Shown: positions 32,146 through 40,811 of the stretch, in pieces
How positions within the stretch are numbered: the stretch's first letter is position 1
Layout of the letters: every line of letters begins with the position of its first letter
Origin: a virus
IMG/VR virus record: IMGVR_UViG_3300002138_000067
Span: 1-40,811 of that record
Direction: 5' to 3' (one strand)
Length of the DNA stretch: 40,811 nt
Notes under the pieces: model-generated
What the model saw: only the letters and a program-made list of their open reading frames with translations
Told to the model about the DNA's origin: nothing
Databases searched by the model: none
Translations under genes and position numbers: made by a program

Positions 32146-32471
32146 TGAGTAACCTATCTAAAGCATTAGAAGAGTTCCCAGAGAACCAGCGGTTGCAGGA
32201 GATTGCAACTGATGCTGATAGTTACGCCTCACTAAGCGCAATAGCCAACCAGGAGGGAGGCAAGCTACTCGTCAAGCTCCTTATGGCAGACATGATGAGC
32301 GCTATCTACGACCTAGAGAGCGGGTATTCAAAGATGCCTGAGATGCAGATGAGAGCAACATTAGCAACGTTCAAGGCTAACCACGACATTGTTCGTGCGT
32401 TACTTCGTGCAGATGGTCAGAAAGACCTAGCACGAGAGGCACTTGAACAAGAGTTAAAGGGACTAAACTAG
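32145..32471 (+). CDS. Head-morphogenesis-region protein, function unknown (108 aa)
   Basis: 1-nt overlap with the previous gene. Helical and acidic. Confidence 0.45.
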   Translation: MSNLSKALEEFPENQRLQEIATDADSYASLSAIANQEGGKLLVKLLMADMMSAIYDLESGYSKMPEMQMRATLATFKANHDIVRALLRADGQKDLAREALEQELKGLN

Positions 32472-32479
32472 TATGTAAC

Positions 32480-32558
32480 GTCCTGGGGTGAACAACCTCT
32501 CTTATGCCCCGTATCCCCGTTCACGGGTAAACATGGGGGAGGTTATCCACCTCGGGAC
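32480..32558 (+). other. Extended 79-nt RNA hairpin in the 219-nt gap before the scaffold/capsid genes
   Basis: 32480-99 pairs with 32539-58 (16 Watson-Crick pairs, 2 G.U, 2 A/C mismatches). Inner pairs CCCC/GGGG (32507-10/32535-38) and CCCG-TTCA-CGGG (32516-27). Confidence 0.5.
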
Positions 32559-32690
32559 ACACTATACAGTTGTCAAGAGTGTGTGTTATTATTGAGGTAG
32601 AAACGGGGGCGTGGAAGCGCCACTTCTATCACGTCTGAGAAACGGTAAAAAACTCCGAAGGGCCACTTCGCAAAAAGGTGAAAGCTACAT

Positions 32691-33428
32691 ATGTCAAAAG
32701 ACACAGAAGCCGTAGTTGAGACCCCTACTGTTCCAGAGTCTCAGGAAGAGGTAGTAGTTGAAGAAACTCCTACTGAGGAAGCTAAGGCACCGACAGCAGC
32801 AGAGGTAATGGCAGAGGCATCTCCACTACCAAAAGCAGAAGCGGTACCACTCGCAACGTTCCTAGATGTCAAGAAAGACAACAAAGAACTACGCGAAGCA
32901 ATAGCGTCCCTCGAAAAGAAGATTGACGCTAACCGAGCAACACCTGTTCAGGTTGGTGACGACCTTCAAGCATTGGCTAGCGAATACGAACTAGACCCAG
33001 CATTCCTATCGAAGCTCACAAACGTCCTCTCGACACGAGCAGAGCAAGCAGCAGAAGCAAAGGTTGCCCCACTTAAGGAAAAAGAGCGACAAGAGAAGAT
33101 TGAAGTAGCTTTCAAAAAAGCCTTCGACCATGCTCTTGAGCTAGCACCAGAATATAGGGACATCGCCAACGCAGACGCTATCAAGGCTCTATCACTTGAC
33201 CCGAGAAACGCAGACAAGACCTTCATAGAAATTATTGAGTCAGTTTACGGAAACGCTATATCTGGCAAGCGTTCTATTGAAACCACAACGCCAGGGGGAG
33301 GAAAGGCTCCAGAATCCCTTGACTTTGCACGAGCAGCGAAAGACCCAGCGTACTTCTCACAGATTATGGCTGACCCTAAGCTGAAGTCTGAGTACAACTC
33401 ATCAATCGTACAACGCAATCGGTTCTAA
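32691..33428 (+). CDS. Scaffolding protein (putative)
   Basis: 245 aa, acidic, Ala/Glu/Lys-rich and helical. Directly upstream of the capsid gene. Confidence 0.55.
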   Translation: MSKDTEAVVETPTVPESQEEVVVEETPTEEAKAPTAAEVMAEASPLPKAEAVPLATFLDVKKDNKELREAIASLEKKIDANRATPVQVGDDLQALASEYELDPAFLSKLTNVLSTRAEQAAEAKVAPLKEKERQEKIEVAFKKAFDHALELAPEYRDIANADAIKALSLDPRNADKTFIEIIESVYGNAISGKRSIETTTPGGGKAPESLDFARAAKDPAYFSQIMADPKLKSEYNSSIVQRNRF

Positions 33429-33472
33429 CCTAAGTAATGGGGATTACTTAACAAGAAAATTATCCCCTAAAT

Positions 33473-34681
33473 ATGAGTCTAGTAACATTTAAGGAGCAGT
33501 TCGACAACGCGTACCAAGAAATCTTCCAGAAAGTCCTCGTGGCTAAGGAGGTTATGAACACACGTTTCGAGCCTGTTCTAAAGTACGGAGAGTCTGTTGA
33601 GCGCGTAGCGGTTGACATCTCTGGCGTACGTGTGCGCACAGTATCTCGCGGTTCTGCATCTACAATCGACACTATCTCTGACACTTCAGAGCTAATTACT
33701 ATCAACCTTGAAAAGGAGGCTGCGTTCTTCGTTTCTGATGGTGAAGTAACTCAGGCTGGGCCAATGAACCCAGGAGAGTGGATTGGTGGAGAAATCGCAA
33801 AGAAGGTAGCTATCGACCTTGACGCTCGTTGTTTCGCAGAAGTGCTTAACGCAGCGTTCGACTTCGACAACGGAGACCTTGCAACTCTAGCTTCAGACGG
33901 CGCAGGTATCACTCTCTCAAGCACAACCGTGCCTCAGATGGTATCTCGTATGCCAGCTAAGCTTCGTTACAAGAACAACCAGATGGTTAACTCCAACATG
34001 GTGTTCGTTGTAGACAGCTACGCAGCAGCAGACATCGCTCAGTACCTACTCGGAAAGAACATTGACCTTGCAGGTTACGTGTTCAAGAACGGATACACTG
34101 GAGATGTTTCTACAGCTTCTATGTACGTATCTGAGAACCTTACAGGAGAGGCAGTACTTTCAATCGCAACAACTCCTACTGATGGAGACACTGTAACGAT
34201 TGCAGGTGTTGTATTCACCTTCAAGACCACTCTCGGTACTACAGCAGGAAACGTAGCAATCGGTGGTTCAGCAGACGCAGCTCGTCTTAACCTATCAGAG
34301 CTTATCAACGCCCCTAGCACAACTGATGCAGGACAGGTGGCTCTTTCAGCAGCAAACCAGCTTGTCATCACTGACACCCTTAAGCTCGTTGCTACTGATG
34401 ACGCAGCAGCTAACACCATGACTATCGTAGGTACTGGTTCAGGTCGCCTTATCGTCTCTGAGACCCTCACAGACGGTACTGACGCTTGGACTAAGAACTT
34501 CATCCACGCTTACTTCGGAAAGCGCGGAGCTATTGACCTCGTTGTTCAGGACATGAAGCCAGTTGACATGCGTGTCACATCTGACCGCCGTGGAACAAAC
34601 GTATTCTCAAGCTACCTTGCAGGTCTCAAGACCTTCACTGATGGCAGCAAGAAGTTCCTAGACGTTCTCATCAACGCCTAA
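33473..34681 (+). CDS. Major capsid protein (putative)
   Basis: 402 aa. Position after the scaffold gene, followed by a hairpin. No alternative capsid candidate exists in the genome. Confidence 0.65.
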   Translation: MSLVTFKEQFDNAYQEIFQKVLVAKEVMNTRFEPVLKYGESVERVAVDISGVRVRTVSRGSASTIDTISDTSELITINLEKEAAFFVSDGEVTQAGPMNPGEWIGGEIAKKVAIDLDARCFAEVLNAAFDFDNGDLATLASDGAGITLSSTTVPQMVSRMPAKLRYKNNQMVNSNMVFVVDSYAAADIAQYLLGKNIDLAGYVFKNGYTGDVSTASMYVSENLTGEAVLSIATTPTDGDTVTIAGVVFTFKTTLGTTAGNVAIGGSADAARLNLSELINAPSTTDAGQVALSAANQLVITDTLKLVATDDAAANTMTIVGTGSGRLIVSETLTDGTDAWTKNFIHAYFGKRGAIDLVVQDMKPVDMRVTSDRRGTNVFSSYLAGLKTFTDGSKKFLDVLINA

Positions 34682-34698
34682 CCAATCGGTTTTCGCTT

Positions 34699-34718
34699 CT
34701 GGCCCTTTACGGGGCCAG
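34699..34718 (+). terminator. Hairpin after the capsid gene
   Basis: CTGGCCC-TTTACG-GGGCCAG, 7-bp GC stem, no T tract. Could be an attenuator or a stabiliser. Confidence 0.4.
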
Positions 34719-34752
34719 GGTGGGGAAACTGAACAACTAACCAACTAACATT

Positions 34753-35256
34753 ATGGCAACCAGAGACGCGCTAGGAATTCTAATCTACGATGTAGACGAG
34801 GCTGGCAAGATTACTTTCGGTACATTCCCAGGAGGAGCAGTACCAACAACCGCAGACAAGTACGCAGCAGGTTGTATTCTTATGGCAAACGGAAAGGTGT
34901 ACTCAAACGCAGGTACAAGTGCATCACCTTCATTCCAGGACATTAACGATGTGTCAACAGGAGAGATTGCAGACGGTGCGGTAACACTCGCAAAGCTAGC
35001 GACAGGGGTAACACCTTCACACGTTGTTAAGTACGGAGGACAGGCTACAACTGCAGGAGGAGCAGCAGCAGAAGCTATCACCGTAACAGGCGCAGCAGCT
35101 ACTGACCTCGCTTTCGTGCAAATGGTAGATGACGGAACAAGCAACGTGACAATAATAAACGCAGTAGTAACAACCAACACGCTCACTGTTACCTTCTCAG
35201 CAGACCCAGGTAGCGATACCATCGTCAACTACCAGCTTCTACGCGCAGCAGCTTAA
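34753..35256 (+). CDS. Head decoration / head fibre-like structural protein (putative)
   Basis: 167 aa, Ala/Thr/Gly-rich and beta-like. Lies between the capsid and adaptor genes. Confidence 0.35.
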   Translation: MATRDALGILIYDVDEAGKITFGTFPGGAVPTTADKYAAGCILMANGKVYSNAGTSASPSFQDINDVSTGEIADGAVTLAKLATGVTPSHVVKYGGQATTAGGAAAEAITVTGAAATDLAFVQMVDDGTSNVTIINAVVTTNTLTVTFSADPGSDTIVNYQLLRAAA

Positions 35257-35259
35257 CCT

Positions 35260-35886
35260 ATGACAGGAGCCGAAATCATCACCGCATTTGAACAGCAAGT
35301 CGATGACTTGACCGAACTCTCTAGCACAGAGGAGTTGGCTCTATTGAACAAGGTATACAAGAAGGTCATGCGTGACCGTCCGTGGGAGATTACAAAGAAA
35401 GCAGGCACAGGTACACAGTCAAGTTCAGTGGCATATGTATCCCTTCCCGCAGACTTCGCTTTCATCACCCAGAACCACGGGTACACACAGACGACCATGT
35501 ACACGGATTCTCCGTGTGTGTTCGTGGGAACTAATTATCAACCGTATAAAATAGTGAGCTGGTCTGACCGCAGACAGTATCGCGACCAAGATGGCTATGC
35601 GTATGTTGATATTGCAAACTCACGCCTGTACTTCACGAAGCAGCCAGCGACAGCGCAGTCGTACGAGTTCGATTACCATTCAGTGCCCGATGACCTTACA
35701 ACGGCTACATCACCCGTGTTCCCAGCAGACTTCCACCACATGCTGGCACACCTAATGGCAACCGAGGACTTCATTATGCAGCTCTCTGACAAGGCCAAGA
35801 GCTATGCTCCAGAGAACAAAGCTATGGCTAAGTCATACATGGACGATATGACTTATTGGAACGCTAGACTTGTACAACTCTCATGA
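35260..35886 (+). CDS. Head-tail adaptor (putative)
   Basis: 208 aa. The N-terminus ITAFEQQVDDLTELSSTEELALLNKVYKKV resembles connector/adaptor N-termini. Gene order supports the call. Confidence 0.4.
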   Translation: MTGAEIITAFEQQVDDLTELSSTEELALLNKVYKKVMRDRPWEITKKAGTGTQSSSVAYVSLPADFAFITQNHGYTQTTMYTDSPCVFVGTNYQPYKIVSWSDRRQYRDQDGYAYVDIANSRLYFTKQPATAQSYEFDYHSVPDDLTTATSPVFPADFHHMLAHLMATEDFIMQLSDKAKSYAPENKAMAKSYMDDMTYWNARLVQLS

Positions 35887-37769
35887 GTGTAGTTGAACAA
35901 ACAACACAACCATTCGTATCAGGTACTCATAACCTGCTCTCACCAGAGGTAATCCCACAGGATGCCGCCTCAGACTCACTCAACTGGCTTACCAGGGACG
36001 GTAGCGTGGAGCTAGCATACGGGCGACAGCTTGAAGGAAATGTTGGTGTCGCAGGTAAAATATACGGGGAACACTTCGGTTATCGTGCAGACGGGACGGC
36101 AGTACACTTTCGCAAAGCAGACAGCGCCATTCAGGTGCTTGTTAGTGGTACGTGGACTGACGTAATTACTGGTCTTACAACTACAGCTGATTATGTCTTT
36201 AGTAATTATCAAAGTCTTGCTGGCGCTTTCACTTATTGTTTTGGTGTCGATGGTATCTATAAAATCGCAACCGCAAACCCGACCAGCTACACCTCGCTCT
36301 ACGACTCAACGAAAAACTTTAAGGGGTACGCGTTCATAGACAGAGCGAGAACAATCATGTGGGGACTAGAGAAAGACCCTACAGGACTCTATGGCAGCTG
36401 GATAGACGGGCAAACAGCTGTATCAGGCTCTACAGGTGTATATACAACCGTATCAGGCGAGGCTACAGCCTCACTCTCAGGAACCCTAGCATTCAAGGCC
36501 AGTGGCTCAACACGCACCTGTTTCGCGGTAGTAATCACGCTCACAGGAAGCGGTGAAGTGTACACAGACAACTACAACGGGGTACTCGTAGGCTCACTTG
36601 GAGGTACTGGAACTATCAACTACACGTCAGGAGCCTACACACTCAGTGCATCTGGCACAGGAACCGCAGCATACCAGTGGGAGAACTCTAACCTCCGTGG
36701 TGTCACCGACTTCTCTAAATCAGCAACTCGCCTAGCTGGTGAGGGCTTTGTAATACGACAGGACGCAGGAGGTGATGCGATTGTAACGGTGATTCCCCTA
36801 GCTGGCTCGTACTTCTCTCTAAAGAAGAATTCAAGCTATAAGTTCACACTTGATACCACAGACACCGCACCAGTGAACGAGATATATCGTACTGACATTG
36901 GTGTACCGTTTCTACGCGCTGCAACGGGTACAGGCTCTGGTATCGTGTTCATGAACACCGCTAACCCCTCACACCCGCAGCTCTGGACGCTTAAAGAGAA
37001 CCCGCTAGGGGACACTTTTGATGCAATACCACTATTCTCACAGTACGACTTCACCGCATACACCTATGACACCTGTATTGTGGACTTCTGGGACAGGTAT
37101 GTTCTAATCGCCTGTAAACTCAACAGTGACGACAACAATCGTCTACTTCTAGGTGACGTACAGAACAACTCGGTAGACGCAACGTACTACGGAGCACGTT
37201 CACTCGCCAAGAACGCAGGACTACTCTATGCAGGTGACAGTGTTTCAGCTACTACCTACAACCTATTCAGTGGCTTTGATGACTTGGGCGTTTCTCTGGA
37301 GAATAACTGGGACTCAAAAGCAGAACTATTCGGCTCTAACGTGCTCAAAAAGGAACGCCGCATCAGGTTCCGTGGAAAGATTGCACCTAACCAAAGCATT
37401 GGTGTCTACATGCAGTTTGACGGGCAGGGATACACCCTCGTTGGTACCATTCTAGGCTCTGGGGACTACGTAGACTACGCAACCTCCTACGCCATTGGTA
37501 CTACATTCGTAGGACAGGACACACTTGGAGGTGGTGGAGGTGGTGTGGCTAGTGTATACCGCTTCTTCCTAGAGCTTCACCTAAAGAACCCTAAGTTCAG
37601 GAAGCGTAATGTACGTTTCAAGGCACTAGGTATTGGGTACGCTTCTATCGAAATGATTACAGATTTTGACCTCCTCACGTATGAAGACCGCATGCCCAAG
37701 GCGAATAGGCTCAAACAAAACGTAGCTCTCGCGGGAACACCAACTGACCAAGCCAACCCTGAGTATTAA
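35883..37769 (+). CDS. Tail nozzle / tail tubular B-like protein (putative)
   Basis: 628 aa, beta-rich. ATGA overlap with the adaptor gene. It precedes the fibre gene. Confidence 0.4.
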   Translation: MSVVEQTTQPFVSGTHNLLSPEVIPQDAASDSLNWLTRDGSVELAYGRQLEGNVGVAGKIYGEHFGYRADGTAVHFRKADSAIQVLVSGTWTDVITGLTTTADYVFSNYQSLAGAFTYCFGVDGIYKIATANPTSYTSLYDSTKNFKGYAFIDRARTIMWGLEKDPTGLYGSWIDGQTAVSGSTGVYTTVSGEATASLSGTLAFKASGSTRTCFAVVITLTGSGEVYTDNYNGVLVGSLGGTGTINYTSGAYTLSASGTGTAAYQWENSNLRGVTDFSKSATRLAGEGFVIRQDAGGDAIVTVIPLAGSYFSLKKNSSYKFTLDTTDTAPVNEIYRTDIGVPFLRAATGTGSGIVFMNTANPSHPQLWTLKENPLGDTFDAIPLFSQYDFTAYTYDTCIVDFWDRYVLIACKLNSDDNNRLLLGDVQNNSVDATYYGARSLAKNAGLLYAGDSVSATTYNLFSGFDDLGVSLENNWDSKAELFGSNVLKKERRIRFRGKIAPNQSIGVYMQFDGQGYTLVGTILGSGDYVDYATSYAIGTTFVGQDTLGGGGGGVASVYRFFLELHLKNPKFRKRNVRFKALGIGYASIEMITDFDLLTYEDRMPKANRLKQNVALAGTPTDQANPEY

Positions 37770-37839
37770 CATATACACATATGACAAAAGTATTGTATTA
37801 TAAGAATAAGTTAGACGGGGAAACTAACCAAACATAACC

Positions 37840-39426
37840 GTGGCAACCCCAAAGATAATTGCAGATTTTGAAAGCTCGCTAAGCACAGCTGTTGCTATAG
37901 GTGGTACTTCGTTTACCCTGGCCTCAGCAACAGATGACGATGGTGTAGCACTACCCTCTGGACTGTACTACTTTACCGTTGACAATGGCTCCTCTAACAA
38001 GGAGTACCTCTCAGGTACCCTCTCAGGTACCTCAGTCACTTCCGTAGTATCCGTATCCCGTCAAGGCACAGAGACTTCAGGAGCAGCACGTGCACACCGT
38101 GTGGGAGCCTCGGTAATCATTACCGACTTCGCTACCTACAAGAAGTACATGGACGGTATCGCTCTGGTATCAGCACCAGACGCAGACACCAACACTAAGG
38201 GTGTATCAGAGCAAGCTACACAGGCAGAAGTGGACGCTGGTACTACTACAGGCGGTACTTCAGCAAACCTTTTCGTAAACCCGTCAACAGTACGTGCTAA
38301 GAACTACAACGACTACGTTGCAGACACAGGCTCAGCAGACGCTTACGCAATCGCCCCGTCTCCTGCAATCACAGCATACGCAGCAGGACAGGTATTCACG
38401 TTCAAGGCAGTAAACGCAAACACTGGAGCTTCAACGCTTGCGGTGAATGGTCTTGCGGCGAAGTCCATAGTTTTGACAGGCGCAATTACAGCAGGACAGA
38501 TTGTTCAGGTTGTGTATGACGGAACAGATATGCAGATGCTTAGTTCAGGTCCTGACTCCTCGTTCGGAGATGGTTCTGATGGTGATGTAACGATTTCAAC
38601 ACCAACAACCCTTACACGTGACATGTACTACAACAATCTTGTTGTAACTGATACTCTCACGACAAACGGCTTTGCTATTTACGTTAAGGGCACAATCTCA
38701 GGCGTTGGCACAATTAAATATCCAACAGGCACCGCAGGAGGGAACGCAAGTGGGCAGACAGAAGGAACGGCTGGTACTGCAATCACAACAGGAAGATTTA
38801 GGAATATAGCAGGAGGTGTTGGCGCGCAAGGTAGAGCTGCTACTTCTGGCTCCACGGCTGGAGTAGATGGAACCATAGGTGGTGCAGCAACACCGTCAGG
38901 TGGGGTTATTGGAGGCGCTGGTGGCAACTCTGCATCAGGCGGGGCAGGTATTGGAACAGGGGGCGCTGGTGGTGTGGTTACTGCACCGCTAGTAAAAATT
39001 GGGGCATTCCTAATGACTACGATTTTTGGCCTTGATATTGCCAATACTGGAGTACCACTAAGTTTGGTAGGCTCATCTGGGGGGGGTGGTGGTGCTGGAG
39101 GCTCATCTGGAGGTGGTTCTGTGGGCGGCGGTGGCGGCGGCGGTGGTGCAAGTGGTGGCATCGTGTTTATCGTTGCCAACATTTGGGCTGGGACATTTAC
39201 CATACAAGCAATTGGTGGTGCAGGTGGTGCAGGGTCGACAGGAAATGGAAATGGTGGTGGTGGTGGTGGTGGTGGTGGTGGAGTGTCAATCGTCTTCTAT
39301 AGAACAAAAACATGGTCTGGTTCTTACGTCCTGACAGGAGGTGCTGCGGGCGCCACTGGTGGTTCAGGTGCATCAGCAGGAAACGCTGGCACAGTAGGGG
39401 CATCTTATGAAATCTCTGCAAAATAA
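37840..39426 (+). CDS. Tail fibre protein 1 with a Gly-rich C-terminal domain
   Basis: Fibre motifs TNTKGVSEQATQAEVDAGTTTGGTSANLFVNPSTV and NANTGASTLAVNGLAAKSIV. The C-terminal 250 aa are rich in GGxGG, with G8-G10 runs. Confidence 0.8.
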   Translation: MATPKIIADFESSLSTAVAIGGTSFTLASATDDDGVALPSGLYYFTVDNGSSNKEYLSGTLSGTSVTSVVSVSRQGTETSGAARAHRVGASVIITDFATYKKYMDGIALVSAPDADTNTKGVSEQATQAEVDAGTTTGGTSANLFVNPSTVRAKNYNDYVADTGSADAYAIAPSPAITAYAAGQVFTFKAVNANTGASTLAVNGLAAKSIVLTGAITAGQIVQVVYDGTDMQMLSSGPDSSFGDGSDGDVTISTPTTLTRDMYYNNLVVTDTLTTNGFAIYVKGTISGVGTIKYPTGTAGGNASGQTEGTAGTAITTGRFRNIAGGVGAQGRAATSGSTAGVDGTIGGAATPSGGVIGGAGGNSASGGAGIGTGGAGGVVTAPLVKIGAFLMTTIFGLDIANTGVPLSLVGSSGGGGGAGGSSGGGSVGGGGGGGGASGGIVFIVANIWAGTFTIQAIGGAGGAGSTGNGNGGGGGGGGGGVSIVFYRTKTWSGSYVLTGGAAGATGGSGASAGNAGTVGASYEISAK

Positions 39427-40786
39427 CATGCAACCACTCACCGACCAATCAACACAGCAGGAGGGACGGCTCGCGGTTAATGCTAACCAGGAGGCAGCAG
39501 CTAAACTAGGTGTCGTAATCCCTGGCTCTACCACTCCTGCACAGGCGTATAAGCAGGCTAACCTCGGAGAGGGCGACCCGTATGCTACTGCACTTGGCAC
39601 ACAAGCAGGTAAGGCACTCCAGGTGGCAAATGAGCCTATTGACGAGACTGCTATCTACCGCAATAAACTTGGACTCTTCCAGGGAGAGATTGACGCAGTA
39701 AACAAGATTTATCAGGAGAAACTTGCACAGCAGATTACACAAGGACAGGGAAACCTCGGCACAGGACGAGCCATACAGGCACGTTCAGGTACCCTAGGCT
39801 CTGACTTTGGCGTAGCACAGACCGCAGACATCACCCGCCAGAACACCAATCAGGAGGATTTGGTACGAGCAGAACTCGCTGCAAAGATTGGCGCAATCAT
39901 GGGAACGGTGCGTGGTGACGTTGCAACGGAACTAGCTGCAAAGCGAGAGGCACAGCGAGCAGGTTCACAGGACTACTTGACCTACCTTGGCTCACAATCA
40001 GAACGCAAGACCTCTAATACACAGAAACTAGCATCCCTACTTCTTGACCAGGGACTCACACCAGACCAGATTGACCCTGCACAGCTCAAACAAGCAGCAT
40101 CTTCATACGGTGTATCTGTTCAGGATATCCTAGGAGCATACGCTTCAGAGAAGAAGACACGTGATGCAGCTCTACAAGATAGTCAATTTAATCTTTCTGA
40201 AGGACAGGCTCGGTTTGATGCAGATGGAAACTTAATTGCAAGCAGGGCTAAGACCTATGCACCTAGTTCAGGGAATGGCGGTGGCTTGACTCGATACCAG
40301 CAGTTTTCTGCTACTCAATCACTAGCAAAAGATACTCAGGCACGAACAGCCAATGCTAGGGAACTAAGTCGTCAAGCAACAATGATTGACAATGCGTACA
40401 ACAACATTGTAAGTGGTAAAAACAGGAGCCTTAATACACAGGTAATTGTTACATCATTTAACAAGATACTTGACCCAACGTCCGTTGTTCGTGAGAGTGA
40501 GTATGACCGAACAGCAGCTGGTCAGGCGCTCATCGCACAACTTGAAGGAAAGGTACAAAACATCGCTCAAGGTGGAGCTGGTGTAACGAATGTAACTCTC
40601 AAGGAGGCATCAGATATTGCAAAACAATACATACAGGGAGCCAATGCCTCTATACTCGCAGAGAACGCAAGGTCTCAGCAAATCGCAGATAGTTTTGGGC
40701 TTAACTCAGACTTTGTTGGAAGTGTCGGAGGGCAGAGTGGTGGAAGTAATCCTAACGACCCACTAGGACTATTTGGCGAACAGTAA
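39407..40786 (+). CDS. Duplicate of 910..2289 (virion structural / putative ejection protein)
   Basis: Translation identical to 910..2289. Confidence 0.55.
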   Translation: MKSLQNNMQPLTDQSTQQEGRLAVNANQEAAAKLGVVIPGSTTPAQAYKQANLGEGDPYATALGTQAGKALQVANEPIDETAIYRNKLGLFQGEIDAVNKIYQEKLAQQITQGQGNLGTGRAIQARSGTLGSDFGVAQTADITRQNTNQEDLVRAELAAKIGAIMGTVRGDVATELAAKREAQRAGSQDYLTYLGSQSERKTSNTQKLASLLLDQGLTPDQIDPAQLKQAASSYGVSVQDILGAYASEKKTRDAALQDSQFNLSEGQARFDADGNLIASRAKTYAPSSGNGGGLTRYQQFSATQSLAKDTQARTANARELSRQATMIDNAYNNIVSGKNRSLNTQVIVTSFNKILDPTSVVRESEYDRTAAGQALIAQLEGKVQNIAQGGAGVTNVTLKEASDIAKQYIQGANASILAENARSQQIADSFGLNSDFVGSVGGQSGGSNPNDPLGLFGEQ

Positions 40787-40788
40787 TT

Positions 40789-40811
40789 ATGGCAAATCTA
40801 ACTGTAGAACA
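40789..40811 (+). CDS. First 23 nt of the giant-protein gene (duplicate of 2292..2314, 3'-truncated by the window end)
   Basis: ATGGCAAATCTAACTGTAGAACA is identical to 2292-2314. Confidence 0.6.

Larger units (their letters stand above)
38498..40811. repeat. Right copy of the exact 2,314-bp terminal duplication (same as 1..2314)
   Basis: See the left copy. Offset 38,497. Confidence 0.95.

Noticed and set aside
1-40811. Search for a lysogeny module, CRISPR array, diversity-generating retroelement or retron
   Set aside because: No integrase, recombinase, reverse transcriptase or spacer-repeat array was visible in any frame. The repeated elements found are the terminal duplication and the RNA-locus stems only.

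Overview
The window holds one complete dsDNA phage genome written with a terminal overlap. Bases 1-2314 recur exactly at 38498-40811, so the unit genome is 38,497 bp, either circular or circularly permuted and terminally redundant. Morphogenesis genes look podovirus-like: TerS, PBSX-type TerL, portal, scaffold, major capsid, adaptor, a nozzle-like protein, two tail fibres, and a 459-aa and a 1,387-aa putative ejection protein. I recognised no tail tube, sheath or tape-measure/chaperone set. The lysis cassette has two muralytic enzymes (M23 peptidase and a lytic-transglycosylase-like protein) plus three small membrane proteins. The early/replication region lies mostly on the minus strand. It encodes a DnaG-type primase whose zinc finger is C-terminal, a P-loop helicase-like ATPase, an SNF2/DEAD helicase, two DEDD exonucleases, a PD-(D/E)XK nuclease, a possible VRR-NUC-like nuclease, HNH proteins, YopX and an SPFH/prohibitin homologue. 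I found no integrase, repressor pair, DNA or RNA polymerase, CRISPR array or transposase. The most unusual part is a 1.06-kb ORF-free locus (26009-27067). From 26401 its + strand folds into four consecutive domains, each closed by a long helix. The last domain is a tRNA-Leu-like mimic on a 23-bp stem, followed 16 nt later by a canonical tRNA-Asn(GUU). All function calls rest on motifs read by eye from the translations and on hand-checked base pairing; no database search or folding program was available.
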